From a virus: a stretch of DNA of 60,585 nt. The stretch covers positions 1-60,585 of the IMG/VR virus record IMGVR_UViG_3300034069_001005; one strand, written 5' to 3'. Below are positions 24,489 to 33,174 of this stretch, one piece after another. How positions within the stretch are numbered: position 1 is the first letter of the stretch; each line of letters begins with the position of its first letter. The notes below the pieces were generated by a model, which worked only from the letters and a program-made list of their open reading frames with translations, ran no database searches and had not been told where the DNA came from. The position numbers were made by a program, and so were the translations under genes.

Positions 24489-25231
24489 GCCACCGTCTGC
24501 GGGGGCACGTCATAGACGAGCCAGCCGGCCGCGACGCGCATGTCCACGGGTGTGCCGGTCAGGCCGTGGTGGGCCTGCGCCACGATCCACTCCTCCGCCG
24601 CCGATCGCCGGATGAACTCGAATTGCTCGACCTCATTCCAAGGGTACGGGCCCTCGGCCAGCCGGTGAAGCGCGTCGTGCATCCGCTCCAGGTCACCGAC
24701 GGTCGTTTCGTGGTCCGGGCCAGGGCCGGCCGTCCGGGCCGTGTCATTCGCCAGAGCGGCCGTCTTCGCCGCGAGCAACTCGCTCCGCGCCCGGTTCTCG
24801 TCGACACGCGCGCGTGCCGCGGAGGCCGCATGACGGTCGACCTCGCCCTGAAGCGTGACCAGCCGTCGATCACGCTCCTCGATCTCCGCCCGCAGATGCG
24901 CGATCAGCTCGGAGCTATCCTCGACGGCGGCCTCCAGCGTCGCCACGCGCTCACTGATGGCCGCCACGGGGCGCGGGGGCAGCGCGGCCGAGGCGAGCAG
25001 CGCGGCCCGCCAATGCCGGCGCGCTACGTCGACCATCGTCAGAGCGCCGCCGATCGCGTCGGACAACGTGATGTCCTTGCGAGCCTCCAGGATCTCCCGG
25101 ACGGCATAGCGCGTGTCGTCCAGAAGCTCGCGCTCGATGGCCAGGAGGTAGGAGACCTCCTGGGGCGGATAGGCCCCCGGCTGCACGAGATTGGGCGGTG
25201 CCCACGGGTGGGTTTTCGACGGCTCTTGCAT
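24485..25231 (-). CDS. Hypothetical coiled-coil protein, 248 aa (first gene of the leftward operon)
   Basis: Lies 60 nt downstream of the palindrome-containing promoter at 25291-25320 (minus). Central helical heptad-like region. Confidence 0.6.
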   Translation of the reverse strand: MQEPSKTHPWAPPNLVQPGAYPPQEVSYLLAIERELLDDTRYAVREILEARKDITLSDAIGGALTMVDVARRHWRAALLASAALPPRPVAAISERVATLEAAVEDSSELIAHLRAEIEERDRRLVTLQGEVDRHAASAARARVDENRARSELLAAKTAALANDTARTAGPGPDHETTVGDLERMHDALHRLAEGPYPWNEVEQFEFIRRSAAEEWIVAQAHHGLTGTPVDMRVAAGWLVYDVPPQTVA

Positions 25232-25293
25232 GGGAATCGGTCTCGGGATCGGCGGCCGGCGGGCTCATCCCAAACGGCATCGCACCCCGCACC

Positions 25294-25310
25294 ATAACCG
25301 CTGCGGTTAT
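25294..25310. promoter_or_regulatory. 17-bp palindrome copy 1 (ATAACCGCTGCGGTTAT) in the divergent early control region
   Basis: Perfect 8+1+8 palindrome. On the minus strand it sits inside TTGCGT-18-TATGGT (25320-25291), upstream of the leftward operon. Confidence 0.7.
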
Positions 25311-25783
25311 GAAAACGCAAACGGCTTCCCGATAATTCGACGGGCTCGCACTTGCCACCGCGTCGCGGCTCGGCCTACAAACACGAACCCCGCCCCGAGC
25401 GCGAAGCATCGAGGCGGGGTCAATGTCGGTGATCGTCCTTGGCCGGACCACGATCCCCGATACGCGGTGAAGCGCGGGCAAACTGTGCCCGCAACTCCCC
25501 CAGATTGCAAGGTCCGCCGGCCGTCATTCGGCTCCAAAGCGTAACCGCGGCGGAGCTCGCCCGAAGGGGACGGCAACGCGCGGGGATCGAGAGACCTACG
25601 GTGCGCTTCGGGGAAACTGAGGTTGAGGGTGCCGAGAGGTCTCCGTCTTCTGTCCCATGCCCGGCTCGGTCGGAATGGCAGCGGCGTTCGATTCCCCCTC
25701 CTTCTAGGACTCTGTCCTGGGGGGTAAGGGGGGATCTTCGCCTTCGAACCCTACCCTCTCAATCGGAATTTCAGGGAAACCCC

Positions 25784-26017
25784 ATGAGGATGAACAACAA
25801 GAGCGCGCGACTGATCGTGAACCGGATGCTGGTCGAGCAGGGCTGGTCCGCGATCTCCGCCGACCTGGATTATCAGGCATTCGCGGGGCGTCTTAGATCC
25901 ATCACGGCCAGGAAATCGGCGCAGGCAGAGTTCGTCGAGCGCTCAGACGCGGTGGCCTATATCCGGCTCGTCGCGCAAGGGGCGGTCAAGATCCCGCAAT
26001 TGGCCGGGCTACCGTAA
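25784..26017 (+). CDS. Hypothetical protein, 77 aa (first gene of the rightward early operon)
   Basis: In-frame ATG of track ORF 25439..26017 with an AGGGAAA RBS-like element. Acceptable GC3. Confidence 0.5.
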   Translation: MRMNNKSARLIVNRMLVEQGWSAISADLDYQAFAGRLRSITARKSAQAEFVERSDAVAYIRLVAQGAVKIPQLAGLP

Positions 26018-26030
26018 CCGGAATGGTTAT
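26014..26030. promoter_or_regulatory. Palindrome copy 2 (GTAACCGGAATGGTTAT, degenerate)
   Basis: Intergenic, 30 bp upstream of the TTG start at 26060. Confidence 0.5.
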
Positions 26031-26059
26031 GGCAGAATCCGGGAACGGAGGATGAACCC

Positions 26060-26479
26060 TTGACCGCCTACAGCTTCGCCCCGCAATTCGTCGCGCCGAT
26101 CCAGGCCGGCACCAAACGCCAGACGATCCGAGCTCACGGCCGGCGCTCCCACGTCAAGCCGGGCGGCCTGATCCAGCTCTACACGGGGATGCGGACCAAG
26201 TCCTGCCGCAAGATCCGGGACGACGTCGTGTGCTTGCGGCTCCTGCCCGTGACGTTCGATCTCACGGGCGTGGCCAGCCTCAAGGGAGCGCCGCTTCCCG
26301 GCGCCGTCGAGCACGCCCGCCTGCATGTCGACCGCATGTGGTGCGGCCAGGGCTGGGAGGAGGAGTTCGCACGCCGCGACGGGTTTGACAGCTTCGCCGA
26401 GATGGTGGCTTTCTGGATCAAGGCGCACGGCACGATTCGTTTCGAGGGCGTCTGCATCCAATGGGGCGAGCCGGGATAG
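26060..26479 (+). CDS. ASCH (PUA-like) domain protein
   Basis: 139 aa, TTG start with an ACGGAGGA RBS. FAPQFVAPIQAGTKRQTIR...LYTGMR... resembles the ASCH domain N-terminal beta-barrel signature. Confidence 0.65.
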   Translation: MTAYSFAPQFVAPIQAGTKRQTIRAHGRRSHVKPGGLIQLYTGMRTKSCRKIRDDVVCLRLLPVTFDLTGVASLKGAPLPGAVEHARLHVDRMWCGQGWEEEFARRDGFDSFAEMVAFWIKAHGTIRFEGVCIQWGEPG

Positions 26480-26520
26480 GCCCCCAGCCGGATCATCTTC
26501 ACCGAAACGCTTGTGCGGGC

Positions 26521-26537
26521 GTAACCGCTGCGGTTAT
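26521..26537. promoter_or_regulatory. Palindrome copy 3 (GTAACCGCTGCGGTTAT)
   Basis: Sits inside TTGTGC-18-TATGGT (26511-26540, +), 10 bp upstream of ATG 26547. Confidence 0.65.
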
Positions 26538-26546
26538 GGTGATCCC

Positions 26547-26891
26547 ATGCAAATGCTCGAGTGGCTGACCAAAAATCATATGTCGATCAGCGAGGTGGCG
26601 CGCCACTTCGGCGTCGCCCCCATCACGCTGCACCGGAACGTGACCGGCGCGCGGTGGCCGTCCGCGGAGATCATGGTCAGCTGCTATCGGCTCACCAATC
26701 GGCAAGTCGACCTCGTCGACTGGATCGAGACGTGCCGTGACCTCCTCCTGGAGGCCGGCGTCATTCAACCCGGAGATCAATATGGTGGGCCGAAAGAAAG
26801 CAACGGAGACGCCGAAGCCGGAGCCGGAGGTGGCGAAGGCCATGAGCACGCGGGGGACGGGCCGCAAAGCGTCGGAGACGCCGAAGCCTGA
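26547..26891 (+). CDS. Helix-turn-helix DNA-binding protein (regulator candidate)
   Basis: 114 aa. MSISEVARHFGVAPITLHRNVTG is a classic HTH. The last ~35 aa overlap the next gene and look out of frame. Confidence 0.55.
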   Translation: MQMLEWLTKNHMSISEVARHFGVAPITLHRNVTGARWPSAEIMVSCYRLTNRQVDLVDWIETCRDLLLEAGVIQPGDQYGGPKESNGDAEAGAGGGEGHEHAGDGPQSVGDAEA

Positions 26892-27507
26892 TCTCAAGCT
26901 GGTCAGCGGCGCCGGCAAGAATAGCACCTTGAGCGACGTCGAGCAGCAGGCGCTATTCTTCCAGCACAAGAAGAAGTACGAGGTCGCACTTTCGGCCAAG
27001 AAGCTGGCGGACGCGGCGTTGCTCAATGTCGGCAAGCTGGCCAAAGCGGAGCTCGGTGAGCATGCCGTGGCCGACATCAAGGAGTCCCTCAAGCTCGGAT
27101 CGCCCGAGGGCCAGGCCGATCTCAAGGAGCGCATGGAGCGCCAGTATCGCGTCGCGCGGTGGATGGGCATGCCGCTCGGATCGCAATCCGATCTGTTCGG
27201 GCCCGATCGGCGCACCGGAGGCGAGATCGCCCACAGCCTCGGTTTCGAGCACGGGTCGGCGGGCGAGAGCCGCAAGCTCCCGGATCGCTATGCCGCGTCG
27301 TCCCCGGAGGGCCAGGCCTACTTCAAGGGCTGGGACCAGGGCCAGGAGGCCATCTTCAACATCAAGGAGAAGAAGGGCGACGACCTCCTGCGGCCCATCG
27401 CCGACGCGAAGCCCGGGCCGATCCCGCGGACGCCCGAGCCGGATGGTGATGACGGTGACGACGAGAGCGGCGACGCCGAAGAAGGCGACGACACCTCGGT
27501 GCATTGA
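26782..27507 (+). CDS. Hypothetical protein, 241 aa, with acidic C-terminus
   Basis: ATG with a GGAGA RBS. Lys-rich N-terminus, a helical core, and a DGDDGDDESGDAEEGDD tail. Confidence 0.6.
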   Translation: MVGRKKATETPKPEPEVAKAMSTRGTGRKASETPKPDLKLVSGAGKNSTLSDVEQQALFFQHKKKYEVALSAKKLADAALLNVGKLAKAELGEHAVADIKESLKLGSPEGQADLKERMERQYRVARWMGMPLGSQSDLFGPDRRTGGEIAHSLGFEHGSAGESRKLPDRYAASSPEGQAYFKGWDQGQEAIFNIKEKKGDDLLRPIADAKPGPIPRTPEPDGDDGDDESGDAEEGDDTSVH

Positions 27508-27510
27508 TCC

Positions 27511-27747
27511 ATGACGCTGTTCTCCCCGCGCTGTGTGGAGTGTGGGGATCCGGGCGTCTACGGGCAGGGGTGCTCGATCCTCAAGGGTATAAACGGCACC
27601 TGGTGGTGCCTCGATTGCGTGCCGGCCTGGTATCTCCGGGAGCTCCGGGCGCACGATGAAGGGGAAGCACATGCCGATCCGGCCGGAGCGCAAGGCGCTC
27701 TACCCGAAAGACTGGCCAGCGATCAGCCGGCAGATCCGAGCGCGTGA
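27511..27747 (+). CDS. Small Cys-rich protein (zinc-ribbon-like), 78 aa
   Basis: CVECGD...WWCLDCVP. The 3' end overlaps the HNH gene start. Confidence 0.4.
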   Translation: MTLFSPRCVECGDPGVYGQGCSILKGINGTWWCLDCVPAWYLRELRAHDEGEAHADPAGAQGALPERLASDQPADPSA

Positions 27748-27994
27748 GGGGAACCGCTGCGGCGGTTCCCCGGTCTATCCGAACTGCCGGGCCGCCAATG
27801 GCGAGCCGCATCCGGTGACCGGCAGCAAGGTGGTGCTGACGGTCGCCCACCTCGATCACGACGAGACCAGCGCCGATCCGGCCAACCTGCGCGCCATGTG
27901 CCAGCGGTGTCATCTCCGATACGATCGGGAGCATCATGCCGAGACGCGCCGCGCTCGGCGCGCCGCCGCTTCGGGCCAGGAGGCCATGCTGTGA
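27671..27994 (+). CDS. HNH endonuclease (paralogue 1)
   Basis: MPIRPERKALYPKDW...VAHLDHDETSADPANLRAMCQRCHLRYDREHH. GAAGGGGAAG RBS. An alternative ATG lies at 27656. Confidence 0.75.
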   Translation: MPIRPERKALYPKDWPAISRQIRAREGNRCGGSPVYPNCRAANGEPHPVTGSKVVLTVAHLDHDETSADPANLRAMCQRCHLRYDREHHAETRRARRAAASGQEAML

Positions 27995-28626
27995 AAGTCC
28001 TCGCATTCGACCAGGCCACGAGCCTGACCGGCTGGGCGGCCGGCAGCAATCGGACGGAGCGGGGCGGCTTCGACTTCGGCTCCATCCGCGTCCCGAAGCG
28101 CGAGGCCTTCGGCGAGCGCCTGGCCTACCTCCACGGGACGATCGCCAAGCTGATCGAGCGATACCAGCCGGACATGCTGGCGTTCGAGGAGCCGTTCTTC
28201 CCCGTCGCGCGGCATGACGCGGTGAGCGCCCGCGCGCCAGGCGGCCGATCCTTTCTGCCACCCGAGGCGGAGCCGGAGGCCGCGGGTGGCCGCGGGGCGT
28301 CGTTCAACGCCGAGACCGTCAAGCAGCTGCAGATGGTCAAGGGGACGATCATCACCCTGGCCGCGCTCTACAGCATCCCGGCCGAGGGCTATGCCTCCTC
28401 GCAATGGCGCGTGACGCTCCTCGGCTACGGCCGGCCGCCGAAAGGCTCCCCGCCGACGTTCGATTTCAAGCGCGAGGCTAGGAAGCGCGTCCAGGCGCTC
28501 GGCTATGATGTCGACGTGGACGACCAGGCCGAGGCGATCGGCATCCTGATGCACGCGCTCCATGGGCCCCAGGCGGCGGCCCGCGCGCAGGGCGATCTTC
28601 TGTCGATGATCGGCGGCAAGCGATGA
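27991..28626 (+). CDS. RuvC-like Holliday junction resolvase
   Basis: GTG start overlapping the HNH stop (GTGA), with an AGGAGG RBS. The acidic catalytic pattern is VLAFDQATS, LAFEEPFF, DDQAEAIGI. Confidence 0.7.
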   Translation: MKVLAFDQATSLTGWAAGSNRTERGGFDFGSIRVPKREAFGERLAYLHGTIAKLIERYQPDMLAFEEPFFPVARHDAVSARAPGGRSFLPPEAEPEAAGGRGASFNAETVKQLQMVKGTIITLAALYSIPAEGYASSQWRVTLLGYGRPPKGSPPTFDFKREARKRVQALGYDVDVDDQAEAIGILMHALHGPQAAARAQGDLLSMIGGKR

Positions 28627-29612
28627 TCGGCGATCCCTTCTTCATCAGCGGCCCGGCCATCATCAGTTTCAGCGGCGGTCGGACCTCGGCGCTCATGTTG
28701 CGGCGGATCCTCGACGCTCATGGCGGCCAGCTGCCGGCCGATGTCCATGTCGCGTTCGCCAACACGGGCAAGGAGCGCCCCGAAACGCTGCGGTTCGTCC
28801 ACGAGTGCGAGGCGCGCTGGGGTGTCCGCATCCATTGGCTTGAGTGGCGCGCCACGCCTAGCCGCGCGGCGGGAACGGCGTCTCTGGCGTCGTGGCTCAC
28901 CGAGAACGATCCAGAACGTCGCATGGTCGCGGACGCCGGGTTCGAGGAGGTCGGGTTCAATTCGGCGTCACGTCACGGCGAGCCGTTCGCGGCCCTGATC
29001 GCCATGAAACAGCGTCTACCCAACTGGCAGGAGCGATGGTGCACCGAGTTCCTGAAGGTGTGGGTCCTCACCGCTTTCGCGGCCGCCCATGGATGGGCGC
29101 CAGGCTCATATCTGGAAGTGATCGGCCTCCGCGATGATGAGCAGCACCGCATCCTTCGCGCGATGTCCAATGCCGAGTTCCGATGGGATCGTAAGCTGAA
29201 ACACGAGGTCCCCAGGGATCCACCCCGCCGCGTTTTCTTTCCGCTCCAGCGCGCCGGCATCAGGAAGGTTGATGTCCTGACCTTCTGGCTAGGCCCCACG
29301 GAGAACACGGACGCCGGGCATATGCCCCAGGGCTTCGACCTCGGCCTGCGCCCCCACGAGGGGAATTGCGATTGGTGCTTCATGAAAGGCCGCGCGCTGC
29401 GCAAGCGGATCGCGCGCGATGCCCCTTGGGTTCCTGGCTGGTGGGCGCAGCAGGAAGCCGTGGGGGGCCGGTGGTTCGATCGGCGCGACCACGCAAGCGC
29501 GCTGATTGAGGAGGTGCGGCGCGCGCCCGAGCTCTTCGATGCGCCCGATGAGGACGACGAGTTCGACGGGGAATGCGGCACGCATTGCGCGCCGATGGAG
29601 GAGGGCCGGTGA
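28623..29612 (+). CDS. PAPS-reductase-like PP-loop ATPase family protein
   Basis: 329 aa with an SFSGGRTS PP-loop (SGGxDS-like). It also has a C-terminal Cys cluster (NCDWCFMKG...ECGTHC). Confidence 0.75.
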   Translation: MIGDPFFISGPAIISFSGGRTSALMLRRILDAHGGQLPADVHVAFANTGKERPETLRFVHECEARWGVRIHWLEWRATPSRAAGTASLASWLTENDPERRMVADAGFEEVGFNSASRHGEPFAALIAMKQRLPNWQERWCTEFLKVWVLTAFAAAHGWAPGSYLEVIGLRDDEQHRILRAMSNAEFRWDRKLKHEVPRDPPRRVFFPLQRAGIRKVDVLTFWLGPTENTDAGHMPQGFDLGLRPHEGNCDWCFMKGRALRKRIARDAPWVPGWWAQQEAVGGRWFDRRDHASALIEEVRRAPELFDAPDEDDEFDGECGTHCAPMEEGR

Positions 29613-30229
29613 GCGACGACATCCACGCTGATCTCCTTGGCTTGGCCGGTGGCGACTTCAACGTCGTGCTGGCCGATCCCGCCTGGACGTTCAAGGGCAA
29701 CAGCGCCGCGAAGCCCGGCCGCAACGCGGCGCGCCACTACCCGGTGATGACGCTGGCTGAGATCGAGGCGCTGCCGGTCCGCGACGTCGTGGCCAAGGAG
29801 GCGGCGCTGTTCCTCTGGATCACCACGCCGCTGCTCGTGATCGGCGCACACATCCCGATCATGAAGGCCTGGGGCTTCACGCCGACCGCAACCGCATTCA
29901 CATGGGTCAAGCTGCGGCGCGGCCATCCATGGCATCACAAGATCGGGGCCGAGGATCTACATCTGGGCCAGGGGCTCACCACCCGGAAGAACACGGAGGT
30001 GATCGTCCTCGGCAAGCGCGGCCGCTCCCTCCGCGTGGATGCCGGGGTCCAGGAGGTGATCCTGGCGCCCGTGCGAGAGCACAGCCGGAAGCCCGATGAG
30101 AGCTATCGGCGGATCAACCGCTATGTCGGCGAGGGTCGCCGGAAGCTTGAGCTATTCTCCCGGGAGGACCGGTTCGGCTTCCACGGCCTCGGCAATCAAG
30201 CCGGCATGTTCAACGTGGCCGCCGAATGA
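29609..30229 (+). CDS. MT-A70 family N6-adenine DNA methyltransferase
   Basis: GTG overlapping the previous TGA. DPAW catalytic motif (VLADPAWTF), plus FLWITTP and EHSRKPDE motifs. Confidence 0.8.
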   Translation: MSDDIHADLLGLAGGDFNVVLADPAWTFKGNSAAKPGRNAARHYPVMTLAEIEALPVRDVVAKEAALFLWITTPLLVIGAHIPIMKAWGFTPTATAFTWVKLRRGHPWHHKIGAEDLHLGQGLTTRKNTEVIVLGKRGRSLRVDAGVQEVILAPVREHSRKPDESYRRINRYVGEGRRKLELFSREDRFGFHGLGNQAGMFNVAAE

Positions 30230-31356
30230 GGTTCGACGATGCGCTGCTGGCGGAGATCCGCGAGCGATTGCCTGTCGAGGAAATCGCGGCCCGCTATACG
30301 ACCCTCAAGCGGGCCGGGGCGGAGTTCAGGGGCATCTCGCCCTTCAACGCGGAGCGGTCGCCCAGCTTCTACGTGATCCCCCGCAAACGGTTCTGGCATT
30401 GCTTCTCGTCGGGCAAGTCCGGAAACGTCTTCGACCTCCTCATGGAGATGGAAGGCCTCACCTTCCCGCAGGCCGTCGAGGAATGCGCGGCCCTGGCCGG
30501 CATCAGCCTGCCCGAGCGCGGCGGCCCGCGGGATCCGGCCGCGCAGGCCCGAGCGGCCGCCAAGCTGGAGGCGGGCCGCCGCGATCACGCGGCGCGCCAG
30601 GCGGCCAAGGACCGCGAGGAGGCGCGACGGGCTGGCAACGTGCGGGACATGGCCCACGCCATCTGGCTGGCCGCCGTGAGGCTCCCGGGGACGCCCGGGG
30701 AGGCGTATCTACAGAGCCGGGGCGTCGGCTTCGGCGCCCGATGCACCACGCTGCGCTATCATCCCGACCTGGAGCACCGCGATCCGGAGACGGGCCAGGT
30801 GACGCGCTGGCCCGGGCTCGTGGCGGCCGTCCAGGCCCCGTCCAAGCGGTTCCTGGCCATCTGGCGCATCTTCCTCACCCGATCCGGGGACAAGGCGCCT
30901 GTGAGCCCGGCAAAGCAGGGCCTGGGCTCATACACCGGGGAGGGCGGGAGCGTGTGGCTGGGCCCGCCTGGCGAGACGGCGCACGTCTGCGAGGGCATCG
31001 AGACGGGGCTGGGCATCCTCGGGATGCTGGGCGGGGTCGGGGGCGTCCAGGCCGCGCTCTCGACGAGCGGGATGGTCAACTTCATCCCGCCCCCGGCCTG
31101 CAAGCGCACGCTGATCTGGCCCGACGGGGACACGGATCGAATCAAGGTCGACGATCGCCGCGGTGTGGAGCGGCGAACCGACAGCCCGGGCATGAATGCC
31201 GCCCGGAAGCTGATGGCCCGGCTGGCCGATGAGAAGCGGCCTGCCACCATCCAGCCCGCGCCGACGCTCGGCCGGGACTACCTGGACGTCTACAACGCAT
31301 CGAAGGGGAAACTGCGTGACGAACACCAGCACCACGAAACTGCCGCTCGAAAATAG
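30226..31356 (+). CDS. DNA primase (CHC2-like N-domain with degenerate zinc ligands + Toprim-like domain)
   Basis: GISPFNAERSPSFYV...WHCFSSGKSGNVFDLL aligns with the CPFH...CFGCG pattern, but with Ser/Asn at the ligand positions. The Toprim-like part is VCEGIETGLG...WPDGD. Confidence 0.7.
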   Translation: MRFDDALLAEIRERLPVEEIAARYTTLKRAGAEFRGISPFNAERSPSFYVIPRKRFWHCFSSGKSGNVFDLLMEMEGLTFPQAVEECAALAGISLPERGGPRDPAAQARAAAKLEAGRRDHAARQAAKDREEARRAGNVRDMAHAIWLAAVRLPGTPGEAYLQSRGVGFGARCTTLRYHPDLEHRDPETGQVTRWPGLVAAVQAPSKRFLAIWRIFLTRSGDKAPVSPAKQGLGSYTGEGGSVWLGPPGETAHVCEGIETGLGILGMLGGVGGVQAALSTSGMVNFIPPPACKRTLIWPDGDTDRIKVDDRRGVERRTDSPGMNAARKLMARLADEKRPATIQPAPTLGRDYLDVYNASKGKLRDEHQHHETAARK

Positions 31357-32755
31357 GCCAATGGAGCGGGGCGTACTCGGTGCGCTCATCGCCGACACGC
31401 AATCGTTCTGGACGGTGAAGGGGCGATGCAAGCCCGACCTGTTCGTCGTCCCGCTGCACCAGGCCATCGTGGGCGTGATGCACCGGCTGGCCGAGTCCAA
31501 CCGCGAGTTCTCGGTGGCCGCGATCGTGTCGAAGCTTGGCGATGAGGCCACCAGCGACGGCTTCTCTCCCGAGGGCTACCTGGCCACGCTGGTCTCGGAG
31601 GAGGCGGACGCATCCGAGCTCCCGGAGCACTTCGGCGACCTGGAGGATATGTACGCCAGGCGCCAGATGATCCGGCTGGGCGAGGTGCTGATGCGCGGCG
31701 CCAGGGACGACAACGGCCTGTCCGCGCTGGAGCGCCTGGAGGCGGCCAAGGCGGCCGTCGACCAGATCGCGGATCCGCTGGGCGTCGGCTCCCGGACGCT
31801 CTACGAGGTGCAGCAGCGCGTCTTGGCCAAGACGCAAGACGCCAGCAACCGGGAGGCCCCGGTGGGCCTGAACGTGGGCCTAAAATGCGTTCAGGATCTC
31901 ACGGGCCCGCTGATGCCGGGCCGGCTCTACACGCTGGGCGGGCCGCCTGGCTCCGGCAAGTCGGCGCTGGCGTTCCAGCTGGCCACGAACGTCGGCGCGG
32001 ACCTCGATCCCGCCACCGGCCGGCCGCTGGTCGTGAAGTTCGACAGCCTGGAGATGGACGGCGAGGAGCTCGGCGAGCGCGACCTGGCGGGCCGGACGGG
32101 CATCAGCGCGGACAAGATCGAGCGCGCCAGCGTCAACGTCGATGAGCTCGAGCAGCTGTACGAGGCCAGCGAACAGGTGAGGTCGATGGCGCTCCACATC
32201 GACTCCGCGACCCACCAGAGCGCGCAGATGATCCGGTCGAAGGCGATGAGGCTGAAACGGCTGCGCGGCCTCGATCTCCTGGTGATCGACCATCTCCTCT
32301 ACATCGCCCGGCCGGCCAGCCGAAAGCCCGAGCACGAGCAGATCCGGGAGGTAATGCAGTCCATCAAGCAGCTGGCGAAAGACCTCAACATCCCGGTGGT
32401 GCTCCTGGCCCAGCTGAAAAAGGAATACAGCGATATTCCATGGCAGCAGATGAGGCGGCCACGAGCCGGTGACCTCTATGGTGGGTCCTCCGTCGAGCAG
32501 GAGTCGGACGTGGTGATCTTCGTCCACCGCCCGGAATACATCCTCAAGCGGAGCGAGCCGGACAAGGGCTCGAAGGAATGGACGGAATGGGAGGCAGCGG
32601 AGATCAAATGGCGCGGCCTCGCCGAGGTGGTGCTGGCGAAGCGGCGCGGCGGCGCGCAGGGCGGCGTGCGCCGCGCCTGGTTCGATGGGCCGAAAACGAT
32701 GTTCTCCGACACCGCGCCGCGCATCCCCCTATCCGAGCCGGAGACGCTGTTCTAG
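31316..32755 (+). CDS. dnaB: Replicative DNA helicase DnaB
   Basis: N-terminal LPLENRPMERGVLGALI, Walker A GGPPGSGKS, DSLEM, and VIDHLLYI. The GTG 31316 start (AAGGGGA RBS) was chosen over the track start 31229. Confidence 0.85.
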   Translation: MTNTSTTKLPLENRPMERGVLGALIADTQSFWTVKGRCKPDLFVVPLHQAIVGVMHRLAESNREFSVAAIVSKLGDEATSDGFSPEGYLATLVSEEADASELPEHFGDLEDMYARRQMIRLGEVLMRGARDDNGLSALERLEAAKAAVDQIADPLGVGSRTLYEVQQRVLAKTQDASNREAPVGLNVGLKCVQDLTGPLMPGRLYTLGGPPGSGKSALAFQLATNVGADLDPATGRPLVVKFDSLEMDGEELGERDLAGRTGISADKIERASVNVDELEQLYEASEQVRSMALHIDSATHQSAQMIRSKAMRLKRLRGLDLLVIDHLLYIARPASRKPEHEQIREVMQSIKQLAKDLNIPVVLLAQLKKEYSDIPWQQMRRPRAGDLYGGSSVEQESDVVIFVHRPEYILKRSEPDKGSKEWTEWEAAEIKWRGLAEVVLAKRRGGAQGGVRRAWFDGPKTMFSDTAPRIPLSEPETLF

Positions 32756-32918
32756 GCTGCGCGCGCCTTCCCACTCACCCCGCCGTGGGTCACAGCCTGG
32801 TGGTCGTTGCCCGTCGAGGCTCAGAACCGACGCCGGGAAGGCCTTGCATCGGACGTCAACGGGCAAAAGCTGACACCGGCCCTCGGATCTCGATCCGGGG
32901 GCCGCGTCGTTCTTGACC

Positions 32919-32935
32919 ATAACCGCAGCGGTGCT
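32919..32935. promoter_or_regulatory. Palindrome copy 4 (ATAACCGCAGCGGTGCT, right arm degenerate) inside TTGACC-16-TACTGT
   Basis: A sigma70-like promoter at 32913-32940 (+) with no CDS downstream before the terminator at 33131. Confidence 0.55.
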
Positions 32936-33130
32936 ACTGTGCCGCTCGGCGTCCACACGCGCCGCCGGGCCCGCGTCGCTTTTCCCCGAGGGTGACGCGG
33001 ACCCGATCATGCCGGGGCCATTCTGACCCACAAGGCCGCGCCCGACCACAAATCGGCCGCGGGGAATGTCCCCGGCTCCAATTTCCAGCATTCGTCGAGC
33101 CGGGCCAGCTGCCACGGCTCCGAATAGAGC

Positions 33131-33174
33131 GCCGCCCCCGATGTCTGGCCAAACGGCCTCGGGGGCGGCGTTTT
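33131..33174 (+). terminator. Rho-independent terminator (GCCGCCCCCG...CGGGGGCGGC + GTTTT)
   Basis: 10-bp GC arms with an inner GGCC-AAAC-GGCC hairpin and a U-tract. It abuts the stop of minus-strand gene 33178..33699. Confidence 0.65.

Noticed and set aside
25688-25707. A tRNA gene, suggested by the TTCGATTCCCCC T-arm-like string
   Set aside because: I could not find a complementary acceptor 5' strand, D-arm or anticodon arm upstream. It is kept only as a possible tRNA 3'-end-like relic in the findings.
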